A DNA stretch of 64,000 bases from Trichoplax sp. H2 (lineage: Eukaryota): NCBI GenBank assembly GCA_003344405.1, contig NOWV01000030.1, positions 62,001-126,000 on the forward strand, given 5' to 3'. The notes under the pieces are model-generated. The model saw only the letters and a list, made by a program, of their open reading frames with translations, made no database searches and was not told the DNA's origin. This document shows positions 13,520-26,951 of this stretch, piece after piece. Both the position numbers and the translations under genes were made by a program. The first letter of the stretch is position 1. Each line of letters begins with the position of its first letter.

Positions 13520-16500
13520 TTAGCCAACAATTTCCAAACTAATCTCTTCTCGTTTACCATCATTTGCCCAGGTGCTTGCTCTACCTTCTTCCGAATCATT
13601 GCAAACTATAATCAATCGATACATTTGCAGCAGCAGAATTAAAATATTTTTAGCGGTGAAAAAGAGAAGCATTGGGCTCATCACTCCGAGATAAAGCAAA
13701 TAGAATCGAAGTGCTAAGAAAGGACAGTCTTGCATAATAAGAGCGGTCAATGGAGTTATAATTTCAGGATGGCAACATCCTATAGCACTAGCATCTTCCG
13801 ATTGCGTTCGTCTGACAGAGTTATTACTACCCATTTCGTCAGGTCTTACATGAACACGACTGCCTTTGGTATTTGATTTAAAAGATACATAGACCACCGT
13901 ATACTGCAGCAGGCTCCAACTCCAAGCCGCCATGATAACCATAACCAATAACCGATTGGATCTGACAATGGGTTCTTTAAATGTCTCAAATAATTCGATA
14001 ATATCCGCAGCAGTACCAATATAGATTAAAAGTAACTGCGATCGCTGATTGCGAGACAACTTGCCAAGTGGAGCGAGCCATCTTCCGATAATAAGGATGA
14101 AAAGAGTTCCTTGTTCAACGGCCAGCAACCAATTTTCCTTCTGTTGTAGTGCGCTATACAACTACGTGTGTAATTATAGTAATTTAACGTTAGTATCAAG
14201 ACTTTATATTGCAATTGGCTTTTCATTTATTTCAGCTAAAACAATCTATTCAGCAACTTATTTTCTTTTTGTTGTACAAGGCTTCCTTAGAATTGACTAT
14301 TTATCTATTGAAGCTAAAGTAATGGACAATGAAGCAGGCCATTTTCTTTCTGTTGTAGCGCTGCATATCACTACGTGAACGAAGTGGATCTATACAGTAG
14401 AGTGAAAGTATGGCAATGTACCGTTATTAATATCAAGGCTTCCTTGGAATGGACTGTTTATTTATGCAATACGTAGTAAGCTAAAGCAATCGCCATTGCA
14501 AGCCGCCCATTTTCTTTGTGTTTTAGCGCTGCATATCACTACGTGAACGAAGTGGATGTATACAGTAGAGTGAAAGTATGGCAATGTATCGTTATTAATA
14601 TCAAGGCTTCCTTGGAATGGACTGTTTATTTATGTAATGCGTAGTAAGCTAAAGCAATCGCCATTGCAAGCCACCCATTTTCTTTGTGTTGTAGCGCTGC
14701 ATATCACTACGTGAACGAAGTGGATCTATACAGTAGAGTGAAAGTATGGCAATGTACCATTAGTATCAAGGCTTCCTTGGAATGGACTGTTTATTTATGC
14801 AATACGTAGCAAGCTAAAGCAATCGCCATTGCAAGCCACCCATTTTCTTTGTGTTGTAGCGCTGCATATCACTACGTGTACGATGTGTATACGCTTATAT
14901 ACAGTATAGTAAAAGTGTGGCAATATACCGTTATTCATGTCAAGGCTTCCTTGGAATGGACTGTTTATTTATGTAATGCGTAGTAAGCGTAAGCAATCGC
15001 CATTGCTAGCCGCCCCTTTTCTTTCTGTTGTAGCGCTTCATGTATCTACGTGTACAACGTGTATCTATGCAGTATAGTGAAAGTATGGCAATGTAGCGTT
15101 CGTTGGAATGGACTTTTTATGCACTAATACGTAGTAAGCTAAAGCAATCGCAATTGCAAGCCAGCCATTTTCTTTTTGTTCTTGTGCCGCATACAACGAC
15201 ACGTAGACAACTAGTGATAGTAATCTATCTTGAGTATCAGGCCTTCTTGGAAATTGACTGTTAACCTATTTAATAAGCTAAAGCAATCCATGTCAGCAAG
15301 CCATTTTCTTTCTATTCATTCTCGTATGTCATTCAAAATTACTTGTAATTAACTGTTGATTAATTTGTAAATCATTCCCACTTGCAGTTTAGCAACGCAA
15401 GTAAACTACTACAGTAATGTTGAGTAGGTTAGTCTATACAAGACTGAATTAATATTTATACAGAATAATACTCATTAATTTTTCCTTTATAATAATGATC
15501 ATTTACTTGGAAGCGCACAGCGAGCCATTACTGTACCATACGACACACAAAGGTAAAATGAAAAAATAAGCATCACAATAGGGGTTGTTTTTTATTCTCT
15601 AGTATTATTCTGGTTATTACGTCCGATCAATGAGAAATTACGTCGCCATTTTACCATTTTCCCTGTTTACTGTGACAAATTAGGTCAATTACCATAATTA
15701 ATAGGGGGAATACAGTAGTTGTAGAGTGAGAAGGTTGATGACTAGAGTGTTTTCACGGTTTTACTTCTTTAAATAAGTCCACTGCTGCTACTACTACTAC
15801 TGTCTGTGGTTCATATCGAGAACAGAGATTCTTTCTTAAGTATAGAATAGCGTTAATCTTTCTTAAGTAGAAAATAGCGTTCAACCGTATTGACGAGATG
15901 ACCACCCAACAGGATTATTGATCAACTGTGTGATTACCGTCGATATCGAATGACGTACTGTAGACTTAGGATCATATGTAATATACCAGACATATTTTCA
16001 TGTTGACGAATGAATTATTGGAATATTTTTGATAGGGAATGGAGTCATTGATCAAGGACAGTAAATGATGTCCGCGTACGCGTCCATAAAACAACATTGT
16101 ACTACGGTAGCATACCAACGATATTTCTTTCTTATTCAATCAAAAGGAAGTTGAAAAGGGATCGCATGACTGTTATTGCAGTTACAATTGGGCACCCCAA
16201 AAAAATAAAAAATCAAGATTAATTAAACAAATTGGTTGGAAAGTTAGAATGACACACCTGTTGGAATCCAGACGATTGTGGTTGTGATTGAGCCGACTGT
16301 TGAGCAGCGAGACATTGTAACGTTAAATTTTGAGCACTATCTGCAGCAGAAAGTTCCAATATCCAGACAGAAGGAACAAGTCCACACAAGTAGATGAAAA
16401 CACTGGGAGAAAACCTGATTGATTAAGAAATGATTGTTATTCAACGTGTTCCGATCAGTTTCAAATATCGTCTGTCTCATTTTTGACGACAGTATTGTGA

Positions 16501-16765
16501 ATTCAGGATAAAAAGAAAAGGAAACAATTCAAGACAATGTCGTCTGGAATTAGTGCCAAGGTACTCACCATCCAAGATCTCGACCATCTCGAAAGTGCAG
16601 TGTTATAACACCCTCAACGAGCAATAATGCAATTGAAGTAGTGAGAGCAAAATAATAAGCATTTCCTGTCTCGCGAAAAACCCGATAGATCGCTAGCGCA
16701 GCATGTCCAGCATATAAAGTACGCGCAACGACTCCTTTTAGTATTCTCCATGTCGTATTGCCCAT
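13520..16765 (-). CDS. TMEM26: Transmembrane protein 26 family, at least 3 exons
   Basis: Exons 16765-16569, 16414-16258 and 14161-13520 are phase-compatible. Motifs: WFSPSVFIYLCGLVPSVWILEL, EQGTLFILIIGRWL, LSRNQRSQLLLIYIGTAADIIE, WSWSLLQY, QDCPFLALR, FFTAKN. Confidence 0.93.
14277..15310. repeat. Tandem repeat of about 167 bp (about 6 copies) in a TMEM26 intron
   Basis: aggcttccttggaatggactgtttatttatg...aagctaaagcaatcgccattgc...gcgctgcatatcactacgtg starts near 14279, 14437, 14604, 14769 and 14943, with degenerate copies beyond. Confidence 0.95.
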
Positions 16766-17164
16766 TGCGAAGTCAGAATATAATCAAGCGTTGGTTTCTC
16801 AATCAGTCAATCCAATGGTCAATGGTGAAAGGCAATATCGCAAGCAGTGATCGTCAGCCGATGGACAAGAATGAATCAATGGCTGCAGCTAACACTGGTT
16901 AATTGTACAGTACAGTAAAGTGAAAAAGGAAGTAAAAAGGCAAAGCTATTGCAAGCGAAAAAGCGACAGGCCGCTCGCTAGTAAGGAGAAAATACAACCT
17001 ACGGTTGGTTTGCTATTTTAATACTTTGCCGCATCTACAGACAGACAGGCAGACTGCAGATGGTGCGCCAATGAACAGTGTACTGAGTATTTGACCTTGC
17101 CTGTACAGTGTACAGTACAGTACTGTACAGTACGATAGTCATCCCAAAACAAGCAATCTCATTT

Positions 17165-17235
17165 CATTGGCCAAAATGTCATGATGTCGTCATACTACTG
17201 TGTAGATTCATTGGCCAAAGGGTCATGACGTCATC
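17165..17235. promoter_or_regulatory. Duplicated CCAAT(rev)+CRE-like module upstream of TMEM26
   Basis: ttcattggccaaaatgtcatgatgtcgtc is followed by ttcattggccaaagggtcaTGACGTCAtc; the second copy has a perfect CRE palindrome. Confidence 0.4.
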
Positions 17236-18559
17236 ACACTCCTGTCATATACAGTGTACTGTACAGTAGTGTGCAGGATGAGAAAATACTGTACACTGTG
17301 GGATACGGATACCTAGTTTGGGCCAATGAGAATCAGTATAGTACTGTACTGTACGTGATAGCCATAAACATAAAGGTCTGTGAAAATGCAATGTCTTGGA
17401 ATAAAATGTCTTTCTACTTCCAGTATACCGTAGACTGAGACGAGAGAGAGAGAAAGCTGTTTCAGAGAAGAGAACTTGATTACTCTGAAGTCCATCAGGT
17501 ACAAGGTAGAGAGAGAGAGAGACAGTACTGCTATACAGAGAAAGGATTCTGAACCCAATACGCTAACACACATGATTGGTAGATAAGTGGGCAATAATAC
17601 TCCATGTCTCCGTGGGAAATGATGATACTGTACAGAGTACAATTATTTCTTCAAATGCACTATACTGTACTCCAGTGTCGTCAGTCCAGTGCAGTCCCTG
17701 TAACTTTCTTCTTTTTTGTCGGCCGCAAGTGATACACTAATAGTGTACAAATCATGTTATTACTCCTACTGTACAGTCTACACTACTAGTAAGGCACAAC
17801 GTCGTGTTTTGATTTATAGTCCGTCGGCAAGAATACCACAAGAAAGAGCTAGTTACATCGAAGAATACAGCGTATCGATGTCACCTATCTCTCTCCTTTT
17901 TTTTAGAATAATTCGACTGCAAACAGTGTATCTAGGAAGCATATCCATGTCACCTATCTACCTGTTTTTGGGGGAGATAATCCAACTGCAAATTTTCTTT
18001 TTCATGTACAGTATTGCTTTGTGCAGACTATGTTCCTGTTCAATTTGCCATATTACACTACACAACAGGCATACAGTAGTACAGTCAGTATACAGTACTA
18101 TAGTCCTCAGCGTAGCTGGTCAGAGTTGTGTACACAGAGTGTGTACTGTACTAGAGACTGCTAAAATGAAAGAGACGACACAGGAAACGCTAGTTGGCTA
18201 TACTAATCATGTGCAGACTGATTCCATTACTGGCCATTTCAACTGTATTACGGTACACTGGCTGCGATTGACGTGGCAATGAGCTGCTATGAGCCTGCAA
18301 CGTTGATTTTGTGCAGTATGGTATAACGTTTTATCGATAGTGTAGAGTAGAATGAGCACAAAAATGATAAGCCTGCACATTCTTTGTGCCCTGTGGTCGT
18401 CGTTTCCTGTCGCATCTCTTTCTTTTTGGATTAGTCCGTTGTCGAGGTCTGGCGAATTCCGAATTCTTCTTCTTATGACGCTAGCTGGAGATGAACAATC
18501 TGTACAGCGCAGGTCTGTCTGGTCTGTCTTTGTTGCAGCCTGGACAGTACGATAAGCTG

Positions 18560-19905
18560 CGTACTTTGCTGTACTGTACTGTACAGTACAATACACAGTA
18601 GCGGTACAGTGTCTACCGTTAAAATACGGGTAGAAACGTACAGTACAGTACAGTACAGTGTACAGTACAGTAGGCACAACAATGATCGTACTGTACAGTA
18701 CAGTACGGTACTCAGTCGATTCACAGTACTGTACTGTACTGTACGACTGAAGCCTACAATACTGTACAGTGTACAGTCCATTAGTGAATGAGGCTCAAGT
18801 TGATTGAATCGCAAAACAACGATCGTACAGTACAGTACAGTACAGTACTGTAGTCAGTCGACTTACAATGTGTACAGTACTGTCACTACTGTGCGACTGA
18901 ACCCACAATACTGTACAGTCCATCACAGTAGTGAATGAGGCTCAAGTTGATTGAAGACCTTCGACAGGTGTAATTGTAGTCAGTCGACTCACGTACCAAA
19001 ACAACGATCATAATGGACACTGGACAGTACTTTTAGTCAGTCGACTCACTGTACAGTAGTGTGCGACTGATGCCTACAATACAGTCCATTAGTGAATGAG
19101 GCTCAAGTTGATTGAAGCGCAAAACAACGATCGTTCTGTACAGTACTGTACTCAGTCGACTCAGTGTACTGTACTGTGCGGCTGAAGCCAACAATACTGT
19201 ACAGTACAGTCCATTTAGTTGATGAGGTTCAAGTTGATTGAAGCGCAAAACAACGATCGGACCGTTATGTACACTGTACTCAGTCGACTCAGTGTACTGT
19301 GCATCCTACAATACAGTCCGTTCGTGAATGAGACCCAAGTTGATTGAAGCGCAAAACAACGTTCGTATCGTACTGTAGTCAGTCGACTCAGCGTGCGCCT
19401 GAAGGCTGCAAGACAGTCCATTAGTGAATGAGACCCAAGTTGATTGAAGGGCAAAACAACGATCGTACTGTACTCAGTGTACTGTATAGTACTGTAGTGA
19501 GTCGACTCAGTGTGCGCCTGAAGTCTACAAGACAGTCCATTAGTGGAGTGAATGGAAGCCCAAGTTGATTGAAGTGCAAAACAACGATCGTATCGTACAG
19601 TACTGTAGTCAGTCGACTCAGTGTACAGTACATTGCGACTGAAGCCTACAATACAGTCCCTTAGTGAATGAGGCTGAAGTTGATTGAAGCGCAAAACAAC
19701 GATCGTATCGTACTGTAGTCAGTCAGTCGACTCAGTGTGCGCCTGAAGCCTACTGTACAGTGTACAGTCCATTAGTCAATGAGACCCAAGTTGATTGAAG
19801 CGCAAAACAACGATCGCATCGTAGTGTAGTGAGTCGACTCAGTGTGCGCCTGAAGGCTACAATAACAGTCCATTAGTGAATGAAGCCCAAGTTGATTGAA
19901 GCGCA
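18560..19905. repeat. Minisatellite array, units of about 100-160 bp (about 10 copies), with embedded CAGTA microsatellite
   Basis: Core (c/g)aagttgattgaa at about 18796, 18943, 19104, 19230, 19337, 19437, 19561, 19676, 19787 and 19888. Each is flanked by cagtccattagtgaatgag, gcgcaaaacaacgatcg and tcagtcgactc-like blocks. Confidence 0.95.
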
Positions 19906-20028
19906 TTTTACCCACAATCCAACCATACAAAATCTTGTTTGTAGTGGCGTCCAACATCATCTTGATTGATTTTTAGTTGCTATCTTAACGGGAGAAGACA
20001 TCCATTTACAATCAATTTATCTGCAAGG

Positions 20029-23000
20029 ATGGCGGACAAAGATATAAAGTAAGTTGGAAATGTTGTAGCGTAATGATGGATGGATTGATTGATGGCCACG
20101 CGTATTGTGCGTTGATGCTTTAACACGGCTACCATCGGTAGCGATGTTGACGATGAAGTTGGGTTGCAGTGGTGTCGACAACGTTTATCCCCACTGCTTC
20201 TTCCTCCGTTGGACGAGTCGATCTTATTTGACAAGGTTGATCATCATGATTGATTTTTCAACGTACGATGGATGTCATGGCATAGCCAGTTAGGCAGCCA
20301 ATGCGTTGTTACAGATCATGAGTATGTCGACACTTTCGCCGATCGATGTATCTTGCTGGATACAGATCGATTGATATCAACGACAATCCACATCAATTTA
20401 GAGTATTGGACTTGACCCAAGGGCTATGGAAATACTTTCCATAGCCTAACCTTTCAACAGGATAACCTCTTTCCCATGGATGTCCTGTACCATGGGTAGG
20501 AAAGACTTCAAATCAAGCCATTCTCCCTAGTTAGGACCCAATCGTCAACCATTTGCAACCATCATCCTCAATCAGTTACAAATACATTGAAAGGTAGACG
20601 GGATCAAAAATCCCTATTCATCCACAGTCTCCATCTTGCTACCGTCATCAACCTCTAACTAGAAATCATCAAGCGATCCCTTTAACAGACATCAAACCAC
20701 CAGTATTAGTGATCGTACAACAGCTGCAACCCACGAGTCAAAGAATCACCTATTCATCAAGTTGAAATGATTGATTTCACTTGTTTGGACGGCAAATAAC
20801 AGTCCAACATGGAAAAAAGGCAATCTACAACTCCAATGCAAGCCATGTCATACTCAATCGATAGCCTAATGCTCTACTTTTTCTTCATTTATAAACCCTA
20901 CCATGACCATTATCCATAACTAGTTTTTCCCTTTTACCCAATAGCAACCTACTGTACTGGTCTACTGGATAGTCGGCGGTACTCTTTGCTTTTTCCATTC
21001 ACTCACTCAGCGTACTGTAGACAGCGCAATGGATAGACTTGAAAATGATTTATATAAAAAAAAAAAGCAATCACTATGTTAGGATCGCTGACAGCTGCAG
21101 TCGGTATATCAACGCGCCCATTCTCCTCCTCGACTAAAACAGACACAGTACAAACGTTATGCTAGATGGTCTACTTTTCCCTCATGGAAAATTCCATTTT
21201 ACCCATCAACTTTATTCCAATCATTTCCTGCCCGCTAACGCCATATTCCCTTCCATATTCCAGTGAGGCAAAAGAATAGAACAACAGTGCACTTATTGTG
21301 TGATTGAACTATTCTTCTAGCATGAGGCTTGAATAAGCAGATTGATTCTACAGTATTGTACTTTTTTTTTTAAACTACCTATGGGTCAAATTTTCCATTG
21401 GCATCCTCCACTAAAATAACAACACAACCTAGTTTATCCAATATTGTGTAATAGTATTCACCTCTTTTTCCCCTTCTGTCATCCAATTAGGCAAAGTAAG
21501 CGACTACAGCAAACTCAAGCGCAAGTTGATGAGGTAAGATGCTGTTTTTGTTACTAAACTTGAAGAATACTGTCATACATAATGTATCTCTATCACCAAC
21601 ATGATCGTCAAAATATGTTCAATTCTTTTCCCATTTGGACTTGCTATTGTCGACAAAGTACGGACGTACGGAGAGGATTGCGTCCATCTTGTAGTTAAAT
21701 ACAATCCATTTTTTTCCCCCCCCCCNNNNNNNNNNNNNNNNNNNNCCCCCCCCCCCCCCTACCATTCGGTAAGTATTTTTGAAACGAAATCAAGTATCTA
21801 TTATCGTCTGGTACTTGTCGATACAAGAATGTACAAATGCTTGATAGCCTCTCGTTGTAAAAGCAATTTTCGTCTGTTGACTGTTTCGTATTTTAGGGGG
21901 GGGGGAATTTTTTTTATTTTTTTATTGACTTTATCCCTGTATGATGATGATGATGATATTGGAGATGATACTTTCAAACTGCAGGCCTATCGATACCCCT
22001 TGTAGTACTCCAATTTACAAAGGACAGCAATCTCTCTCTACGCAATTTTATCCAAATGATGATGATGCAGTGGACTTAGACAAGATAATCTTGAGTTTAC
22101 AACCTGCAGTAAGGAAATGATTGCAGTTCCAATACCCAATAAGTACGTAATGATCAATTGCTCAAGTAGTCATTGTACTTTTCAAGCACTTGGCCTTGGA
22201 CACAACTTTCAGTCTATATTCAGCCAATACACTACTAAACTTGGACAACATCGACTCTGGCAGCAAACACTCCGCCATACATCACAGTCCAGCATAATGT
22301 AGTCAATCATACTCAATTAAGTCTATTATTCACAGTCAATCCGTCTGTTGATGATGTGCATAATGAACTCGATCTCTTCCTTCCAATTTCTTCCCTTCGC
22401 CATCCGATGAAAGCGGTCAAAAATGGCGCTCTCTATTTTGGCTGGAATAGTGCTACACTAGAGTGGAAATCAACTTACATCCAACATCGACTTTTGCGCG
22501 ACAGCAACTATTGTCTTATCGTGGTAGTAACTCGATTACTAAAGACTTGGCACGGCATAGGATTTGCACCTTGACGAAGGCTATTATTGATCATCGTGTC
22601 CGTCCGAAATTCTCAAGGGACAAAACAGTATAGAGAAAAGAAACTACAGTACGCTACTTGAACTGCTACCAACGAAAAAATGGAAAACTACAAGGCCTTG
22701 CATTTTCTTTCATGATCACTTCCTTATTCGGTCATAATGAATCATCATCGATGATGTCAAATACATCAACGTCCCCAGTAGTTAAATTGGAAAGAATGAA
22801 TGATTCCTCCTATGAATAAACCGTCCTATTTTGATAATGAGGATTTCGCCATTGGTGACTAAAATCGATGCTGGCGTGTGCCATAAAATGCAACATTCAT
22901 ACTACAACATGCATGAAAATCCTTTTTAACACGCTATACTGTGTGTACAGTATGTTGAAACACCATGATGGATGTTCATGTCGTAGTCCTCTAACATTAT

Positions 23001-25150
23001 TCTATCCATGGATGATGTACAAAGCATAAGAAAATTGCAATTACAATAATTATCTTTCAAATGGCGCTCTTGTAGTCAGTCATACGCTACCAACGATCCA
23101 ATCGAACCACTACAGTACTGCAGAAAAAAAATTGTTGTTCTTACTGTCGCTGCTGTCAGTACATCATTTCTTAAACTTGATCAATTCAACTCTATCATGA
23201 AGAGACTTGAACGATTATACACTTATTAAAATGTTTATAATACCAGACCAAACTGATTGACTTATTCAATTTGTAACAAATTTATTAAGGTTGTCGACAT
23301 TATGAGAGTAAATGTCGATAAAGTTTTGGAACGTGATCAGAAATTATCCGAATTGGACAACAGAGCTGGTAAGGATATGCTTCTTCTTATTCTATATATA
23401 TCTATATATAACGTAGAAAGAGAGAAGCGTCGATACGAGTAAGAGCAGATATCCATGGCGAGTTGAAACAGTCTACCCCCGATTTTCCTGTCATGAAACA
23501 CTTTTCTTCAAATCACCTATATATTCTTATATTTTTGAATGCGCTTTCAGGCATGCCATCACATTGTCCTACAATATTCTGGTCTTGATGATAGATATGG
23601 CGTTATGGAGAAATGATTAGCATCATTTTTCCCTATCTTGTAGTCAATTATCCCTTCTATAGCGTAATTATACTATATACACTACCGTTGACGATCAACT
23701 CGCTAGTAAGAAATGAAGATTAGCTAAATTAGCTTTTTTAATTGTGAAGTTACTACAAGGAATAATGTATTTAGATACCAAACATAGAGCAGCAGTGATT
23801 GAACAGTACTCGACTTGAGATTCGCTTCTACCGTCTAATTTCTACATCACAATATACCTATACACTTTATTTCCGTTGTCTGTGAAAGTGTGCCTATGGA
23901 CGAGAGATGATAGAGCTCTACTATACCATTCTTTTTACTATTCCTAGCTTGTATTACTTTTTTAACCTGTATATTTCATAAATTAGGAAATCATACGGTG
24001 ATGTACAATTAATTTTCTTGTTCTAATATACCGTACTGTATACACTACGTCAAAGTTTTCCCCTCTCATATTAGTATATCGATAACGCTATAAATTTTTT
24101 AATTTATAGCGGGTGCTTATGCAATCGTATGCAGAGCAATCAAACTTTAGAAATATGCACCTTGTCATCGATCAAACCTTCTGTCATAATTCTTTACAAT
24201 CGATTAAATCATAATATTAGTTCTTACCGTATAATCGTCAAAGTAAATGTTACGTGTTTGATGTTTTATGTTACAGTTGTAGATGTATAGAAGTTACCTT
24301 TTTTAACAATTCTGAATGAATGATCACACTGTAGTGATACCGATAGTGTGTTGCTAATAGTAGTCATAACGCACTCTAGCTAGTGCAGAACATATTTAGC
24401 GCAAAGATTGAATTTTCCCCCTGATTGATCAAATAATATCATTCATACGTGTATCCACCCCATGCGTATATCCTCCCCCCTTCTGAGCGATTTTTCAAGG
24501 AATCCATGAATGTAAATCAATCGCGCTTCATTTTGTAATCAATACCAAATTCACATTAAAGCTCAATGATTGATATTTATTCACTAATAAAACCCACACT
24601 TTGCTACCTATCACAATATACAGATGCATTACAAGCTGGAGCTTCACAATTTGAACATAGCGCTCATAAATTGAAACAGAAATATTGGTGGAAAAACATG
24701 AAGGTTAATTGAAGAAAAATTGATTATAATATTATTAGCCTATAGACTTAGTAATGGAAATGTAGCTATTGTACTATTTAGCAATGATTATTCTAATTTA
24801 AAATGATATTAAATTCTCCGTAAGATAACTCCACTTTCATCATCGATGCAATATCAATGCAATAATGTATTCTTCTTCTTTTTTCTAGATGATGATTTTG
24901 CTTGTAGCAGTCATCCTTATAATCCTCATTGCGATTGTCAGTACGTTCTGTAATATATTCATGCATCGTATTATTCTAATCTCTATCATAAGCGAATTGT
25001 AAGATAGCTACAAGAATGGAGATCGATTGAATACAAAATTATACAAGAGTGATTATTATTTAAATGATCATCAGGACCAATCCTTTGATACTAATTTCTC
25101 TTATTTACATTCCTTAATTTGCTTTAGTTTGGGTAGCTACAAAGAAATAG
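20029..25150 (+). CDS. VAMP: Synaptobrevin / VAMP1-2-3-like R-SNARE, 6 exons, 98 aa
   Basis: Exons 20029-20048, 21491-21533, 23290-23368, 24624-24703, 24889-24940 and 25128-25150 give [98 protein letters not shown]. Exon 1 is inferred from phase and its GTAAGT donor. Confidence 0.96.
21726..21745. other. Assembly gap (20 N) inside a poly-C tract
   Basis: N run flanked by C homopolymers. Confidence 0.99.
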
Positions 25151-25699
25151 CCAAACAACAATGATCAACATTGATTACAATCAACTTTCGACTCCATTGA
25201 TTGTATTTCATGCATTTCATGATATTTAGAATCAAATTTCTGAATTGTTATTATGCGTAGTCACTATTACATATCCATCAAAAAATTATAGACTCGTTAT
25301 ATTTAATGTTATAAATATAGCTTCCCGGTTTTTATGACCCATATCATTATCGCATGCATTAGCGTGTGCTAACTAGAATTTATCGTTGCTTTTAGATTCT
25401 TGTAATGTAGCATAAAAGAAACTCTCTATATATTTGTCTCTAAACTAGTTGTATCAATTTTAGGGATTAGCTTTAAGTTCAATTATTATTATTATTATTA
25501 TTTAAGCCATATTTAAAAATTAATACCACGTGCTGCCATAAATCATCCATTATTATTACATGTATCCCAATTTTCAGTAACAGAAACTGAATATGCATAT
25601 ACTAGTACTACTTGAAAAAAAAGATATTGTGTATGTGTGCTATCTAATATAGTCTAGCATTAATAGTAGGTGATTGATTTGAACATGATTAATCCTATA

Positions 25700-26900
25700 C
25701 AGTATTTACCAATAGAGGTATCCCTATTTTAATAGGAGTTAATTAGTGTGCATTATTTTAGCTTAAGCCATCATTTCCGATTATTCTAGTGGAGTAATTG
25801 TTGACCCGATCGACGGATGCTCCAGTCTTACTTGATAGTTTTATCTATAGCATATTTAATCAAAGAATTCTATGAAATATATTATCTCTTCCTGAGCGCT
25901 ATGACACTACGCCATTAATTCCTACGCAGAGGATTTACAAGGATCAATCCAATAAGGTAACCGAGATGGATTAAGTGCCTTTTTTGGATAGATCTTTATG
26001 GATAAAATGCTCACCTTTGATTAACACCCGAAAAATGATGTAGTGATGTCTTATCAATGAAATTAATGGATGTACGTATGTTATTTATATAGCAATCTAT
26101 AGAATACTTATCGAGATAAAACCGAATATGCCGTAGCTGTGAACGGGGTTGTCTGTTCATGATACGTGAATACATATAAAATTAAAAGCAATTGAACAAT
26201 TTCTCTCTTGTCATGATCCTTCGAGTAGAATTGAACGGTATTAGTAAGCTAATGCAACGCATGGAGAATAATGACTATTTGCCAAATTGCAGGATACTGT
26301 AATAGTGTTGGAACTGAATTGATTCGATCAGTTGGCCATTGCCTACCATAATGGTAATACTATCGATATGATTGGATTTTCCAAGCAGTATTGCTACTAA
26401 TAGTACATGGATAATAACTAGTTTCACTCAGCTACATAACTTAATTGATTAATATACTGATCGCCATACACACGCAAAATAGTGTCAATTCAACGCTCTT
26501 CTAGGAGTATCGATTTCAATAGTACTTGACTTAAATAATTGTAGAAATGCAGTTCAATGCTATTGCAAAGTACTTGACGATATACATCAAAATGGAGAAG
26601 GACATCAATCAATTTATACACATGTAGCAATTAATCTAGCAATTACTTTCAACAAGACATTCTAAAATTGTTGCTGTTGTAATGATGATCTTTACGGAAG
26701 TTAGAATGCTACATTATGCTATTTTCGTATACTGCTGCAGCGTTCTTTCTTCCACGTCACTTCCTTGAGCTTTTCTTTCATCCAAGACTATAAAAATCTC
26801 TTTCAATAACTGTCGATTCCACCTAGACTCCAATGGACGACTAAATTACATTATTCGCTCGGATAACATTCCATTTTTATGGTGTTTGTAAGTATGTAAG
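25700..26900 (+). pseudogene. Decayed rhodopsin-class GPCR relic
   Basis: SYLIVLSIAYLIKEFYEIYYLFL (25826 on; TM2-like LSIAD with D>Y), then CTYVIYIAIYRILIEIKP (26071-26124; TM3 end like IAIDR..I.KP), then hydrophobic runs near 26660-26790. Many stops. Confidence 0.45.
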
Positions 26901-26951
26901 AGATCAAAGGAGCGGATTTTAAATTTGCCATTACGATGCCAAAAAAAAACA

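Noticed and set aside
16096..16149. Possible extra TMEM26 exon
   Set aside because: It has an in-frame TGA in the required phase, and the flanking exons already join in frame.
18560..19905. CRISPR array, hammerhead ribozyme or tRNA-derived SINE reading of the minisatellite
   Set aside because: The variable parts are CAGTA slippage rather than unique spacers, and there are no cas genes. CTGA(A/T)GC lacks the hammerhead A9 and there is no GAAA core. The resemblance to tRNA (ctcagt..gactgaag) has no B box or cloverleaf.
17313..19960. Many overlapping ORFs rich in Y/S/T/V/C/Q
   Set aside because: They are translations of CAGTA/TACTG repeats and the minisatellite, with no splice or domain support.
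25105..25127. U12-like branch site TCCTTAAT in the last VAMP intron
   Set aside because: The donor is GTACGT, not GTATCCTT, so this is an ordinary U2 intron.
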